From NCBI RefSeq assembly GCF_009914755.1, contig NC_060934.1: a stretch of DNA of 64,000 bases. One strand, 5' to 3'. The notes under the pieces were generated by a model. The model was not told where the DNA came from. It did not search any database and saw only the letters and a program-made list of their open reading frames with translations. Position 1 is the first letter of the stretch, and every line of letters begins with the position of its first letter. The DNA is from the human T2T-CHM13v2.0 reference genome, Homo sapiens. The translations under genes were made by a program, and so were the position numbers. Below are positions 1 through 16,390 of this stretch, in pieces.

Positions 1-1552
1 AACCTTCTGGAGGGGAAGAAATGCTGCTAAATTTGAGGCTTTTGTTGTTACGCAAGACTGAGCATTTAAATCACCAAAATTAGGCCCATTTTTGTGACTT
101 AGAGTGCCCATCACATTATTGGTTTACCCAAGAGTGATCAAGGAAGTCATGAGATCTAGTAGAAATGTTATTCAAGTGTAGCAGGTTTAAAGATCATGGA
201 AGACAAAATGGATTTCTATTTTAAATTGTATTCGAAAAGTCATGCTTGCGGAATATGGAGACTTAGATCTTCAGCTCGGCATTGTTCTGGATTCTGTTGG
301 TAAGAAAGGAAAAAATACACATGGGCTAAGCTCACAGCACTCTTTTCCGTAATACTCATCTGGAAAGCAAGCAGAGTGAACTAGACCAGGGACCTCAACG
401 TGGTTGCACAGCTAAAAAATAATCATAGGCTGTAAGAAGTCAGAACGCTATAAAAACTTAGCAAGAAGAGTTAGATGCCACAGACCTATTTGAAAAACAA
501 CAACAACAACAACAAAGCTAAATTGGCTGGACATCTCACTCCACTAAGAGAATCAACAAAAAGTGCTTCCAGGTTGGTGAAATAGAGGTTCACCAGATGA
601 AACTGGATGTGCAAGCAACATCCTGTACCCCTGAAATTAGAATGAAGAAATGGTAAAATTTTGCCTTGATCTGTAGCTTTTCCAGAACTGAATATTTGTC
701 ATGGCAAGGATCACAGACTGCCTTGCAACTAGTACTTGGATCAAACCTTTTATAGGAATAATCCCTAAGGTGATGGCAGCACAGGGACCTTGAAACAGCA
801 AAAGACTTAACTGGAGAATGGAAGAAAACCTAAGGAAAGTAACCTTAAAATCACTTCATAGAAAAACATCATAAGGGAGAAAACTTCAATTCAAGAGAAG
901 CCCAAAAATAAAACTCCAAGATAGTAAACTCTCATGGTAACAGAGACAGAAAGTGAAATCAGCAATTGGAAAATATGCTCCTGATAAAATAAAAATAATA
1001 AGTCAACTGAAAATGTGTTTATGTAAGTGTGTTTATGATCCTCAAAAACTTGAAGAAATATAGTTCATAAGAAACAAAAAGAGTTAAAAAGTTCAAAAGC
1101 AGCTGATTAAAGAAAAATTAGGCATAAAAACTAGTCCCTGGAAATTTAAAATCAAATCCAATTCTAAGTTAAATACAGTAGAAGACAGAAGTAATAAAGT
1201 GAAGGATATTATTAAGGAATTCACTCAGAATGCAACACGGAAAGAAAAAAAGATTAAAAAATACAGAAGAACAGTGATGATATATGTGATATATGGATGA
1301 ATAGATGGAAAAGCTACAATGTATGGCTGCTAGGATTTCTAGAAGTCTTAGCTAAAATATTTTTTAAACATAGTGAAAGAATAAAATATCTGAGAATATT
1401 TCATATTTGCATAAATTTGCATAAAATAACCTCAAAATTAACACACAAAATGCTCTCACACACATGCATGCAAAACATACACTGAAATAAACTAAAAATG
1501 CACACCTTGTCATATTGTAAAATTGCAGGAAAACAAGGAAAATAAAATATTT

Positions 1553-1846
<294 letters not shown>

Positions 1847-2294
1847 TAGGTATCAGAAGACAACAGAAAGAAAATACTAAGGCAAATTGTCAAACTAGAA
1901 TTTCATACCCAAGTAAACTAGTTCTATTAAGACAGGAGGGTGAAATAAAGACGTTGTCAGCCAAACAGAGTTAGGAACATTTACTACCCATTGACTTTCC
2001 AATAAAGCAAATAATTCCTTGGTAAGTATTTAAGCAAAAAGAGAAGTTTATCCCCAAAGAGAACATGAAGATAAACAAAACAATTGGGATATAATGTTGG
2101 TATCAACAATGCTTAGGGACAGAACAAAAGAAGTATAGACCAATCTTTCTTATGAATAAAAGTGGATTAAAAAAAATTCCTCATGAACTTAAATACACAA
2201 AACACAGCCTCAAAATAAATATGTATAGTAAAAATTGACCAAATTACAAGAAAAATACATTTCTAGGGTTGAAATGTATTTCAACCAGTACAGT

Positions 2295-2608
<314 letters not shown>

Positions 2609-3429
2609 TTAAAAATATGACATTACTATATTATTTTGTCAATAAATTTTAAAACTATACAAAATTGGTAATTATCTGGAAATTTTAAATTACCAGAAAT
2701 GACTTAGGATGAAATAAAAGTAAACTTGTCACCCTAAATAAATTAAATTGATAACCAAAAAGTCATCCTATTAAATGGCCAATAAGACTTGATAAGTTTA
2801 CTTTTTCCTTCACCTTTTAATGTGAAATATACATTTAGAAAATTGAAGAGAATACATATGTCAACCTAACAAATAATTGCAAAGCAAACTCCCATATCTG
2901 ATGGTTTTAAAACTTTACCATATTTTCATGGAACAATAATGTCAGTTTCATGCCACCTATTTCAGAAACAAACAAACAAAAAAAGAGGTAGAAAACTATC
3001 CTACTTATTTGATAAGACTTGAGATAATGATGGTATCAACAATGATTAAGGACAGTAGAAAGGAAGTATAGATTAATCTTAAATCAAAGTAAATTATTAG
3101 AAAATCAAGTTGATTAATTGTCACCAGGTAAAGTGACTTAGTCATAGAGAGGTTCAGAAGCTTTCCCTTGTGCTCACGATAAAACTGGATACCATGTTGA
3201 CCCGGCTCCAGAATTCCAGTTGAGAGAGGAGTTGCTGATGCTGTGTAACTACATAAGCCATATGATTAAAATTATTTTTGGAGAGGTTATTGTCGTATTC
3301 ACTTTGTAGAAAAAAGAAATGCCTTAGCCAACATCCAGCCACATGACTTGGTGGGCACCTGGGGCTAAGTCAGGGCACTGGTATGCAGTAGTGAAAGTAC
3401 ATGTAGTTCCCAAAACCAGTTTGAGATCA

Positions 3430-3847
<418 letters not shown>

Positions 3848-5762
3848 TCAACAAAAGGACAGCCAAGGTTTTATAAGGTAAGTATCTAAGCAAAGCCTGT
3901 GAATAAGGTCACATGCCAAAGGCTACTTTTTTTCCCTTTTTGTTATTTTCCATGAATTATATAAACATGTCAAGTATGTTACAGACACAGGGAAAACAAA
4001 AGGAGGTGGGGATGAAAGTAGAGAGATTGTTTACAGAGACTGAAAATAATAAAAGTGACAGACACTCTATTAGTCATCTAAAAGTAAAGTGATACTGCAT
4101 TAAGGGAGTAGCAGAAGGTTTATTTTAGAAAAGAGATTTTAGAATTACTAATTGAGTATGAGTGAGGGATGATCAAGAAGAAAGAAAAATCAAAGTATGT
4201 TGAGCCTTCTTAATCACTTGGAAAATGGTAGTACTGCAAGCAGGAAGTGGAATGTCTAGAAGAAGTGTTGTTTTTAAGAGAAGAGACCTACTGTTCTATT
4301 AAACTGTCCAAAAAGCATATTTCCAGCTACTTCAGGAATGTGAGTCAAGCAATCCTGCACCAGAGCTAGGGTTTGTTTGCAATGATTATGGCATGTATTT
4401 TAGCCTTTGCCCTCAGATTCCAGTGAGGTCACCACCCACAGAAGATTGTCTGTGGAAGCTGAGTATTTGGCAAGACTCCTAAGAAGGGAGCTCAGACTCA
4501 AACCATAAGAGACATGTCAGCAAACAGTTTAACTTCCTTTTTGTCATGTGGGTGACCATCGTAATAGGAAGCTTGTCTTTATTTTATTTTATGTTTTATT
4601 TTTGCAATTGAAGCCTCATGAATACTAAGTTCTCAAAATTTGCTTTATCTCGGGGTTGTTTGGGGGTGGGAGCGGGGTGAAGGTTGGGGAATAAATCAAC
4701 CAGAGCTCCCTAAGAAAGAAAACCAAACCGAAAGTAAAAATTAGGAAATGGAAGTATGGCATGGTCCAAAAGTTCAGATGTAGAAACACATATGGGTTTA
4801 AAAATGAGCAATATTTTTCTCCTTCAAAAAGTGATTGTGTAGCAAAGAAAAATAAAATAGTCTTGATCCAGAACTTTTGTTTCAGAAAAAGTATCCATTA
4901 TATCATCAAGGAAGACTCAGCTGTACACAGATGGGTGAAACTTAAATGAGTTTATTATTTGTCTCTAGAACACTCCAGGATATAGTCTTCTCTAAGGGAT
5001 CTTGATTAGGCAAGTGGCTGAGATGGAGTTAAAATGAAATAGACACATCTCTTCGATCGCCACAAGAATCCTATAAAATAATTCTCTGCCTACCACACGT
5101 GGAGATGCCATACCCTTTAAGGCAACATTTCCTCAGTTCACACCATACATTTTGAGACATCAGCAACAAAAATAACACTTCAAAATCGGAGTTTCACTCT
5201 GCACAGTATCCCTGAAGGAGTCACTTAAATCTCAGTGGTCCATTCCTGTAGCTCATGGGAACCATTAGTGTGCATCTCAAGCCTTCCACCATGTTAGTGT
5301 GAGAAATGACAGATACAAATGATTTTATTGAGAGAGGAAATTAAAAGAGTATAAATGTATAGCAGTTGAAAGTTAGTATGCTCTCTGATCCTATTTCCAA
5401 CATATATGCCTCTGGTGGGAAGCTAAGCACAGTATCATTTTCAGAATACAGATAATGTGAATGTTTTTAACACAACAGGGCAAGATGTAGTTTCAGTCAC
5501 CATTAATTAAACCTAGAGTTACCATTGCCCTAAAGAGTCGATGTGTGGCTTTGTATCTATATTTTACATATATTAGAAAATATGGGATTTTGTGGGGAGT
5601 GGTAAGAATGGAGATGGAGGTTAAGTCCACAGCAAAGCTGTGCAGGTTCCACTGAAATGGGTCAAGTCACTTTCTTTCCCCCCAATGCATAGGGAGTAAA
5701 TGCAGTTACTCCCCATTGACTGTGAGGCCCACCATGGGGGAAGGGATGCTTCATTGTCTTCT

Positions 5763-6065
<303 letters not shown>

Positions 6066-8827
6066 CTTCATTGTCTTCTACTCACTGGCTGACATTCCTT
6101 AGGGTCCCATTGCAACATCCAAAGGCAGTTTCATTCCTGGAAAAGAAGAGACAGGAGAAGAAAGTATGTTTTAATTTTTTTTTCAAATAAATAAATGTCT
6201 GTGGGGAATTTCAAAAAAGTTGCTAATTGAGATAACATTTATTCGTGTTCCTTTCTACTCTAACCCTGTTCTATATAAGATATTTTATGGAGTCTCCTAG
6301 CACTAGACTATTTTGGAAAATGTGGTATCCAACAGCATCTAATTCTAATTTGTATCTTTCTAGGTCACTGTTACCCTGTGGTTAAAAAGGTTTCTTTTAA
6401 AATTTCATTTTTTGAACTTATCTAGTTTCCTCCTTTCCCCTTTCTACCCAATCCAGAAATAACTGTATTTGTGGTATTACACAGCAAAATAGCTGAAATG
6501 TGGAAATGATATAGTAAGTTCTTGTTTTTCTAATGAAAATTGTTTAAAAGGCAAATAAAATAATTTGTTAGAATAATGGAGTTTTGTATATGAAAAAAAT
6601 AGTTTTTGTATCCAATAGGAAATCATCTAATAATTGTTTTCTACCCATATTATCATTTTAATGCCATGTACATTTATTTATCTTGGATATTCACTTTTAC
6701 TAATGGTCCCTTGGCAGAAAAAGATAGGCTTAAATGAGTGAAAAAGACCTTTGGCATGCATTTATCAGATTAAAACATCCCTAAAGGTATATTTAATGTA
6801 ATACAGTCTCTATGATGGCGGGTAATTTTTTTAGGACAGCAAATATGGTAGGATGAATGTGACAAACAGCTAGATACATAGTGACATTCTAGAGTTAGCA
6901 TTGAAAACCTCATTCTCAGATAAAATAATCGAATAATGCAACACTGAAGATATTATAGATAAACTGTCCATGTCAGAGTGTAAAGCAATAGTTATATGTA
7001 CACCACTCATTGCCCTTTGATCACTAAACAGAGGCTTTACATGCAAAAGAAAAGAATGCACTCTGAAATACAAAAAGGAAACAAGGTAGTGGGTAATACT
7101 TTATTTTAAAAATACGGTTGAGACGAGCAAAAGACACCTGCACTAAGAAAGATGTATAATTTTGTTTTACTTATTGAACAAATGTCTTCTCCCCAGTACC
7201 ATATTGGACATCATTTAGAACCCTTTGTTAGACTCTAGTTCTTCTTTGCATATCATGGGAGGCAACATATAAATTATGGAAAAAACAGGACCTTCAGAAA
7301 CCGTTTGTTATATTCTTGGAGTCAAGAACCTTTGTTAGGAAAGAATTAGCATTGTGGCTATGTTTCTCAATTTATAATATAATGTGAGCTTGCCTCTCCC
7401 TTATGCAAGCTCATTAGTTGATTTTTCATGGCTGGTACAAGCAGCATAAATTTAATTACAAGTGTATTTTACAAAATATTTCCCAGTCACTAGACATGGC
7501 TTCCCCAGAGTGAAATTGTAAATTTAATGCCCATGTATGTTAAATGACCCAAGTGGTGTTACAACCCACAGATCTAAACTCTGTCCTTTTATTATTGGCA
7601 ATAACAAGTAGTTCAGAATAATAGGAGTCAAAAGATTGTCTTTGAGTGAAAAAAAAGATTAATGCATAATCTGCCTCAAAATTAAAACTAATCTTGATCA
7701 TTTGGAGAATATTTCTAAGAAATATCTTCAAATGATACATTACAAACTCAACCCCAAACTAAATTTATTAAAAGTTCATAACATGCTTAGTTTCAAAGGG
7801 TTATATCAGCAGAACATATATTTTGCTTGTTAGTTTATGCATCTTCTCATATTGGCTTGAATTGTAGAAACCAGATGACAGACTATTCCAGAAAATCTAA
7901 TGAATCTTGGTAGTTAATTCTGTCACTCTTCTGTGAAGGTATATTGAACTCTGTGATCTCAAGAATTAGCAAATGGGTAATTTTAAAATTTTTCTTTTTT
8001 TAATGAGACTGTACTCATGCTTTTGAAACCCATTCAGAGGTACAGAAAATACTTACGAAGAGCTAACCAAAGCAAACAAGAATGACAAATTTCTTTACTT
8101 GAAACTCAGTCTGCCTGCATAGTTGACCCTCTTACATTGCTACCTCCCATTCTCAGTAAAAGTGGAAGATAAAGGAAAAGCAAAATAATACAAAACAAGC
8201 TAGAATGTATTGAATAGAATCACAGGGGGAAAAATATCAAAATTAGCAGTACAGTAACTATATCTACCATCTATCTGGACAAACCTACTTCTAAAGCTAG
8301 GAACAAATTAGAAAGATCTGAAAGCAACAACAAAAATCACATTCTGCATAGAAATCCTCAAGTTCAGTGTGGGTAACATTCCTAGGAGAAGATCTGAGGC
8401 TTCTGAAATTTGAAGTCCTTGATTAAATGTCTCAAGTTTGAGAGCCTAGAGGGAAAGAGTCAAAGATTATTGCATCTATGTATTACTAATAGGGGGTATA
8501 AATTTGTTAGGGAAGAGGGAGGGCGTGGGAGAGAATATTTCTAATAGGTTTCAGGGAGTAGATGCTGATAGGCATGAGCAAACAAAGGGATTATTACCAC
8601 TGGCTCCAGAAATTCCTTCTTCAGGTTCTCATTGGACTTTATTCACACTATGACTTAATTATTGTAGTAATTTTGTAGTTAGTTTGAACGTTGCCATCTT
8701 ATCACATCCTTGTGGCTAGTGATCAAGTCCAGTTGTCTTCATATCTCTTTTTTTATATTCTCTCTGTTGTAGAATTAGTAGTAATGTGGTAATTAGTAGT
8801 AATGTGGGTAAAATAAAAATTGTTTAA

Positions 8828-9132
8828 GCCCGGAGCGGTGGCTCACGCCTGTAATCCCAGCACTTTGGGAGGCGGAAGTGGGTGGATCACCTCAGGTCGG
8901 GAGTTCGTGACCAGCCTGGCCAACATGGTGAAACCCCGTCTCTAATAAAAATACAGAAAAAAGAAAAAAAAAATTAGGCGGACGTGGTGGCAGGTGCCTG
9001 TAATCCCAACTACTCAGGAGGCTGAAGCAGTAGAATCGCTTGAACCTGGGAGGCGGAGGTTTCAGTGAGCCGAGACTGTGCCAACGCACTTCAGTGTGGG
9101 CAACAAGAAAGAAACTCCGTCTCAAAAAAAAA
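8828..9132 (+). mobile_element. AluS (Sq/Sp-like)
   Basis: Full dimer; TGTTTAAG repeated on both flanks. Confidence 0.95.
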
Positions 9133-9399
9133 TGTTTAAGCATTCATGAATAAGACTGTGTTTATTATTTATTCAATTAACCAAAGTTAATTGATTAATT
9201 GACTAAAATGCCCAATAGTTTCGACATAATTTTATAATAGACGCTCATATTAAGACATTAGAGTAGAAAAATCAGCACTAATTCTGACTTGAGCCCCCAT
9301 ACTACTCCAATAACAGATGAAATTAAAGTGTAGACACCAGTATGTTTTAAGTAGAATCATATTTATTAGTATACAGTATCAAGTCCAGAAACACTGCCT

Positions 9400-9870
9400 A
9401 TTCTGTCCCCTTCCTTGAAGCATGCATTGCGTTTCCCGTTTTCTATCTATTCTCTCCCTTTCTTCTCCCATACTCGGTGCCTGGAATGCTGGCCATCCTG
9501 GGCTGCGTCAAGAGGCTCCCTTATCCTCTGGCTTCTAACTGAATTAGCCAGTGGGATGCACTGGCAAAGGTCAGAGGGTAGAGGGAGAATGAGAGTATCT
9601 TCCCCAGCTCCCTTCCTTCTGCACCACTGTAGACTGTCCTTTAATGAGAGCCAGCTTCTGGCAAGCAGCTCTCTGCTACAGATCTGTTTGTTCAAAGAGC
9701 TCTCTCCTCTTGCCTCTTCGGCTTTTTACTGCTACTTGACCTAACATACTGCTCCATCTTTTGTTGCATTACCTAAAACTTTCCAGTGTTTTGTAAAATT
9801 CCCTTCAATGGACTCTCCTTAAAAACCCAACTTGACTATGTCCTCTGTGTTCTGCTGGAACCCTGATAAA
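9400..9870 (+). mobile_element. Ancient ERVL solo LTR, LTR33-like
   Basis: The 3' end (cccttcaatggactctcc...acccaacttgactatgtcctctgtgttctgctggaaccctga) and internal ggctcccttatcctctggcttc...gccagtgggatgcactggca resemble the LTR33 consensus as I recall it. Confidence 0.7.
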
Positions 9871-10384
9871 CTCCTCATCTTCAAACTCTTGATGTTAAGA
9901 AGGGAGAAGATTCAAAGGCAATGCTTTATAGGTTTGTAGGTTCCCTAACTACAGGAACCAGAAATTCTGTGGGATACTCTCTTCCTGAGCTCATTTTAGA
10001 TACCTGATCTGGTGAGGAAATCCCATCATCATTCATTTGAAAGAGACATTAACGTTGCCTGGAGGCTCAGAAGGTTCTTACTGCAACTGCCTTATCAGTC
10101 TACTTTGCTAGAAGAAACTTATGCCCCCAAATGCTTTGGTTACGGTCATCAGACATGAACAAAAGGAAGCAGTTACTTCATTTAGATCATGCATAGTGAT
10201 GGGGGCCAGTTTGTGCTTCTGTAAGTAAAGGTTATATGACTTTATCCTTCCATACAAGACAGCATCTGATTCTAAGCCATGAAATGGATTTAAATCAGGA
10301 CCATCTTAAAGATAAGCACTTTCCAAGATCTTATCCTATGACAAGACCCCAAAAAATGTGTTAGTAGATAATATAACATATAAT

Positions 10385-10590
10385 AATATAAATGGTCACC
10401 ATTTTTTAATATTATGAGTCAGGCACCATTGTCTCATTTAATTCTAAGAAAAATAATGAGGGTGTTACTTTCAGATGGTGAATTTGAGGATTAGACATAC
10501 ATTCCTAAAGTCATGCAGCTAACAAGCAGCAAAATTGGAATGTAAACCAAATTTGTCTACTTGTAAGTAATATTCCTATAACTCTTAACC
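10385..10590 (-). mobile_element. MIR
   Basis: Reverse MIR core: cagatggtgaatttgagg...cctaaagtcatgcagctaacaagcagc. Confidence 0.65.
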
Positions 10591-10866
10591 CTCAAAACTA
10601 GACTCTTAGTGCAGATAAGAAAGCAATAGTTCATAAATCTATTGTCCATGTGGAGTAAGTAACAGATCCTGTAAAAATTAATATTGTTTTGATAATAGAA
10701 TGAAGCAATTATCTAGTACTGATTAAAACTTGGAATAAATCACATTAATTCAAATTCAAAGACATTATCAGATCATTTTTCTTATTTTCTCATTTTCATA
10801 GTGTCATTATATCTTGTAAAATCTTAGATGTGACCTCTGAATTCAGTATATAAGAAATGGATAGGA

Positions 10867-11609
10867 CATCAGAGAAATGCAAATCAAAACCGCAATGAGA
10901 TACCATCTCACACCAATTAGAATGGCGATCATTAAAAAGTCAGGAACAACAGGTGCTGGAGAGGATGTGGAGAAATAGGAACACTTTTACACTGTTGGTG
11001 GGACTGTCAACTAGTTCAACCATTGTGGAAGTCAGTGTGGTGATTCCTCAGGGGTCTAGAACTAGAAATACCATTTGAACCAGCGATCCCATTACTGGGT
11101 ATATACCCAAAGGATTATAAATCATGCTGCTATAAAGACACATGCACACATACGTTTATTGTGGCACTATTCACAATAGCAAAGACTTGGAACCAAGCCA
11201 AATGTCCAACAGTGATAGACTGGATTAAGAAAATGTCACACATACACACTGTGGAATACTATGCAGCCATAAAAAATGATGAGTTCATGTCCTTTGTAGG
11301 GACATGGGTGAAGCTGGAAACCATCATTCTCAGCAAACTATCCCAAGGACTAAAAACCAAACACCACATATTCTCACTCATAGGTGGGAATTGAACAATG
11401 AGAACACATGGACACAGGAAGGGGAACATCACACTCCAGGGACTGTTGTGGGGTGGGAGGAGGGGGGAGGGATAGCATTTGGAGATATACCTAATGCTAA
11501 ATGACGAGTTAATGGGTGCAGCACACCAACATGGCACATATATACATATGTAACAAACCTGCACGTTGTGCACATGTACCCTAAAACTTAAAGTATAATA
11601 ATAATAAAA
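10867..11609 (+). mobile_element. 5'-truncated L1PA3/4-like 3' end
   Basis: ORF2 C-terminus ([11 protein letters not shown]...FSLIGGN), 3'UTR and A tail; perfect 15-bp TSD AAGAAATGGATAGGA at 10852-10866 and 11610-11624. Confidence 0.96.
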
Positions 11610-12042
11610 AAGAAATGGATAGGAGTCAAATTATTTTTTTTTATTTTTAAATAGTAAATTAAACAACAACTTGTCTGTTTTCCTACGAAAACAAATTCTG
11701 GTTTGCCTTTGTTTTTGTTCTGGTGAACTAAATGTAAGTTTTGTAGCTTGTAGAAATAGAAAAAGCAAATTATTTTTATAATAAACATGGATAAAGTTTT
11801 TTCAAAAATTTTTCTTTTCTTTTTAAAACATGAGACTGTTTCTTCTTTGGTTTATTTTCTCTGAGACTACCCAAAGGTTAGCATTTCCTTTGCAGCAGTT
11901 CATTAGGAAGAGTGTTGGCATGTAGGGGCTGCTGGCTGGGGTTACTAATAGGAAAACTCTCTACACTGTCTGATCTACTACATCATTTCCAGCTTTTGGT
12001 TAACCAATGACCAAAATAGTTGTAGATCATAAAATATTTTAG

Positions 12043-12382
<340 letters not shown>

Positions 12383-13206
12383 CTATTAGTTTATCAACAG
12401 TAGGAGGTAAGTACTGTTTATCTCTGTATCCCTGACACTCAAAACAGTGTCTGGCAAATGTGTGCTTTAAAAAAATATATATAATGCTAATGATAATCCT
12501 CATTTTTATAAAGTTGTTTTATGTGTTGAATGAGAGATAACACATGTTTCACTCTCATTTGTGACAGAAGAAAGGGACAGAAGGCATTGCATTGTAGTTT
12601 AAGATATGAAATGTGCTGGAGGTGTAATCCTTAACTGAAAACTCCTAACTGAGCTCTGCTGAGCACTGAGTGATCAAAGACCTATGAGAGGTAATTGAGC
12701 AGACAGGAGAAAGGAACAGAGATCACTTTAAAAAGCTGGATGAAACTTGAAAAATGTCCTCAGGTGACCTAGAAGTGTTTCTTAATATGTTTCAACAACA
12801 GAGCCCTAGCATCAGGAAGAAACGAATGCACTTCCCTGGAGAAATCTGAGGGTACAGCTTGAAGCAGCTCCTTGCAAATGTGACATTTCATCAAAGTGCC
12901 CTGTTTTATCTGGAAAAAGTCACGCAAATTTGCAATGTACGCCCTATTTTATCTGCATGTATCTTTAGATAGCAATGTTTTTCCAAACTCATTGAATCTA
13001 ATTGATGTCTCACAATTAAGTATGCCATTTCTACTGTGTTTTGCTTATTCCTAGCACACCACTATTAGACCAGCCTGTTAGAGGGAAACCAAGGTAGAGG
13101 AGCTTACCACGCCCAGTCTCCTTGGGAGTACATAGCAAGTAGGCCTTCCATAGGAAAGTGACTGTTACAAATGGGCTGCACTTGAAGAGGAATAGGAATA
13201 GACGAG

Positions 13207-13332
13207 TAAAGTGACCAGTGATTTATTTTCTAAGGTGGAAAGTGGAACATACTTGGATCTGAAAGGGTCACAATTTAGCCAGGACAAATTAAGCAACACT
13301 GTCCCAAGTAAACCAGGACATATGGTAATCTA
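13207..13332. mobile_element. MER94-like hAT DNA transposon remnant
   Basis: Diverged terminal inverted repeats (taaagtgacca / tggtaatcta) and ctgtcccaagtaaaccaggacatatgg, typical of MER94. Confidence 0.6.
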
Positions 13333-13484
13333 ATTTATATAGGGAGAACCTAAGTAAGTTGTGCAACTGATAGAGCAAGAACTGTCCAACTGGTTTAACC
13401 TGGGATATTGACATCTTATGTGTCAAAAAGATTGGCAAGAGATAGACTAAATGAAGTCATTACGTCAATAATATGAAATATTAG

Positions 13485-16390
13485 AACTTTTGTTTCCAGC
13501 TATTGTGGAATAACTCACATAAGACTTAACCATCTTGTTTTCAACAACCATAAAACTAGGCAAAATACATGACACAACTTTTTTCCAACACTGGACAAGA
13601 GGGCTGCACCACACAGCAGTCCCTGTGAGAAGAGAAACTCAGGAGGTAAGTCCCATGATTTTGCAGACTCTCTGCCTGGGGATAATTTCCCAATTGTGGC
13701 ACAGAATGTAAGTGTCCAAGCAGAGTATGATGACTAGGGAAGCTGGAGCTACTGGAATTTGCAAAGCAGGACTCAGGGAGGAGGAACCTCTGCAGAAGAG
13801 AGGCCTAGAAGAATGTGAAGGCTGTGTTCCACATGCACAGTGCAAAACTCCTCAAGGGTTACCAGAGAGAAACTGCTGTGGGGCAAGAAATGAAAGAGAA
13901 ATACTAGAGATCAAGCAGTTCTGACAGGTGTTGGAAGTCCAACATGACCAAATAGAAAGATCTTATTAACACATTTCTTAGCATCACTGGTATTCATTCA
14001 AGACACATAAAATCTGTGACAAGATAAAGCCTTACTTTAGATTAAGAATCACACCCCAGAATAAGGCCTATTCCATAGATCATTACAACAAAGACTAAAA
14101 TCAAACCTTGACAGATGCACCAGGGAAAGTTTGGAGGTTGAGTCCACCAAGTTAGAGGAGCTTGGAAAACCCCTTAGGCTTTCACAGATCAGCCCTATCA
14201 TAGCTTAAAACCATGCTTTCACAAGTTTCAAGATAATCAACCAATAAATGAACAACTGAGGTCTGCTAGAGAAAAACATCAACACTTTTCAGAGGAAGAT
14301 GACCAAAGTATCTCCAGTATATAACCTACAGATCAAGTGAATACAAACTTACAGAGATTCAGAAAAAGGTAACCCTTAGTCAAAGAAAAAAGCAGCCAAT
14401 ACAAACCAACTCCAAAATATCTGATTATTGCAGTTACCATCTATTTTGTATATATGCTAAAACAATTTTTTAAACTTATAGTTTTGGGAGTAAATGTGAA
14501 AGTTTGTTATATAGGTAAATGTGTGTCATGGGGATTTGTGGTACATAATATTTCATCACCCAGGTATAAAGACCAGTACCCAATAGTTATCTTTCCTGCT
14601 CCCCTCCCTCCTCTCACCCACCTCAAGTAGACCCTGGTGCCCGTTGTTTCCTTCTTTGGGTTCATAAGTTCTTATCATTGAGCCCCCACTTATAAGTGAG
14701 AACATGCAGTATTTGGTTTCCTGTTCCTGCGTTAGTTTGCTAAGGATGATAGCCTCCAGCTCCATCCACGATCCCACGAAAGATATGATCTTGTTCTTTT
14801 TATGGCTGCATAGTATTCCATGGGATGTCTTCCACATTTTCTTTATCCAGTCTGTCATTGATGGGCATTTAGGTGGATTCCATGTCTTTGCTATTGTGAA
14901 CACTGCTGCAATGAACATTCATGTTTATGTGTCTTTATGGTAGAATGCTTTATATTCCTCTGGGTATACACCCAGTAATGAGATTGCTGGGTTGAATGGT
15001 AGTTCTGCTTTTAGCTCCTTGAGGAATCACCACAGTGCTTTCCAGAATAATTGAACTAATTTATACTCCCACCAATAGTGTATAAGTGTTCCCTTTTCTC
15101 TGCAACTTCACCAGCATCTGTTATTTTTTGACTTTTTAATAATAACCATTTGGACAGGTGTGAGATGGTATCTCATATGGTTTTGATTGTCTTTCTCTAA
15201 TGATCAGTGATATTGAGCTTCTTTTCATATGCTTCTTGGCCACATGTATGTCTTTTCAGAAGTGTCTGTTCATGTCCTTTGTCCACTTTTTAATGGAGTT
15301 GTTTTTCTCTTGTAACTTTGTTTAAGTTCCTTATAGATTCTGGATATTAAACCTTTGTCAGATGCATAGTTTGCAAATATTTTCTCCCATTTTGTGGGTT
15401 GTCTGTTTACTCTGTTAATAGTTTCTTTTGCTGTGCAGAAGCTCTTTAGTTTAGATACCATTGGTCAATTTTTGCCTTTGTTGTGATTGCTTTTGGTGTC
15501 TTTGTCATAAAATTTCTGCCCATTCCTATGTCCAGGATGGTATTGCCTAGCTTGTCTTCCAGGGTTTTTATAGTTTTCTGTTTTACATTTAAGCCTTTAA
15601 TCCATCTTGAGTTGATTTTTATATATGGTGTGAGGAAGGTTTCCAGCTTCAATCTTCTGCATATGACTAGCCAGTTATCCCAGCATCATTTATTGAACAG
15701 GGAGTCTTTTCCCCATTGCTTGTTTTTGTCATATGCTCAAAGAATTAAAGGAAAGTATGATCTTAATTTTTAAGCAGATATGGAATCTTAGCAGAGAAAT
15801 GGAAATTATAAAAAAAGAACAAAATGGAAACTCTAGAACTGAAAAGTCAATAATTGGACTGAAAATTTTCCTGAGTAGGATTAGCAGATTACAGATGGCA
15901 GAATAAAGATTCAGTGGCTTTGAAGACAGAAATTATCCTATCTGAAAAAGTCTACAGTGATGAAGCAAAAAGGAATTGTCCAATAAAAATATCACTGAAA
16001 GCGAACATGAAATACAACACAACTTCAGATAGACAAAAACTGTGAAAATTTGTCATCAGCAGCTGTCTACTATAAGAAATGCATAAAAATAACATTCAGG
16101 CTGAAGAGAAATAATACAAAATGGAAACGTGCATCTATAGAGAAAAACAAAGGCATCAAGAATAGCAATTAAGAAATAAATGTAGAAGACTATGCTGTTT
16201 TTCCTTATTTTTCCTTAAAAGACAACTAACACCTTATAGAAAATCTGTAATAAGTTTTCTGTAACTTCGTTAGGTAGGAAATAGGAAATATGTAGAGTAA
16301 GAGACATAATAATAGCAAAATAATGATGAGGTGGGGAAATGGAATTATATTGTTGTGAATTTATTACATTTGTAAAGTAGGAGATAGGGA
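13485..16390 (+). mobile_element. Ancient L1ME-type 5'UTR/ORF1 remnant, split by a younger L1
   Basis: 5'-end motifs (ggcaaaatacatgacacaac...gtccctgtgagaagagaaac...aggtaagtccc); ORF1 motifs resume at 15731 (ggaatcttagcagagaaatggaaattata...ctagaactgaaaa). Confidence 0.7.
14468..15730 (-). mobile_element. 5'-truncated older L1PA (L1PA13-15-like)
   Basis: ORF2 C-terminal peptides on the minus strand plus 3'UTR. TSD ATATGCTAAAACAATT / ATATGCTCAAAGAATT (14452-14467, 15731-15746; 2 mismatches). Confidence 0.93.

Noticed and set aside
5050-5105. TATAAAA and CACGTG close together
   Set aside because: No CpG island or other promoter evidence; short motifs are expected by chance.
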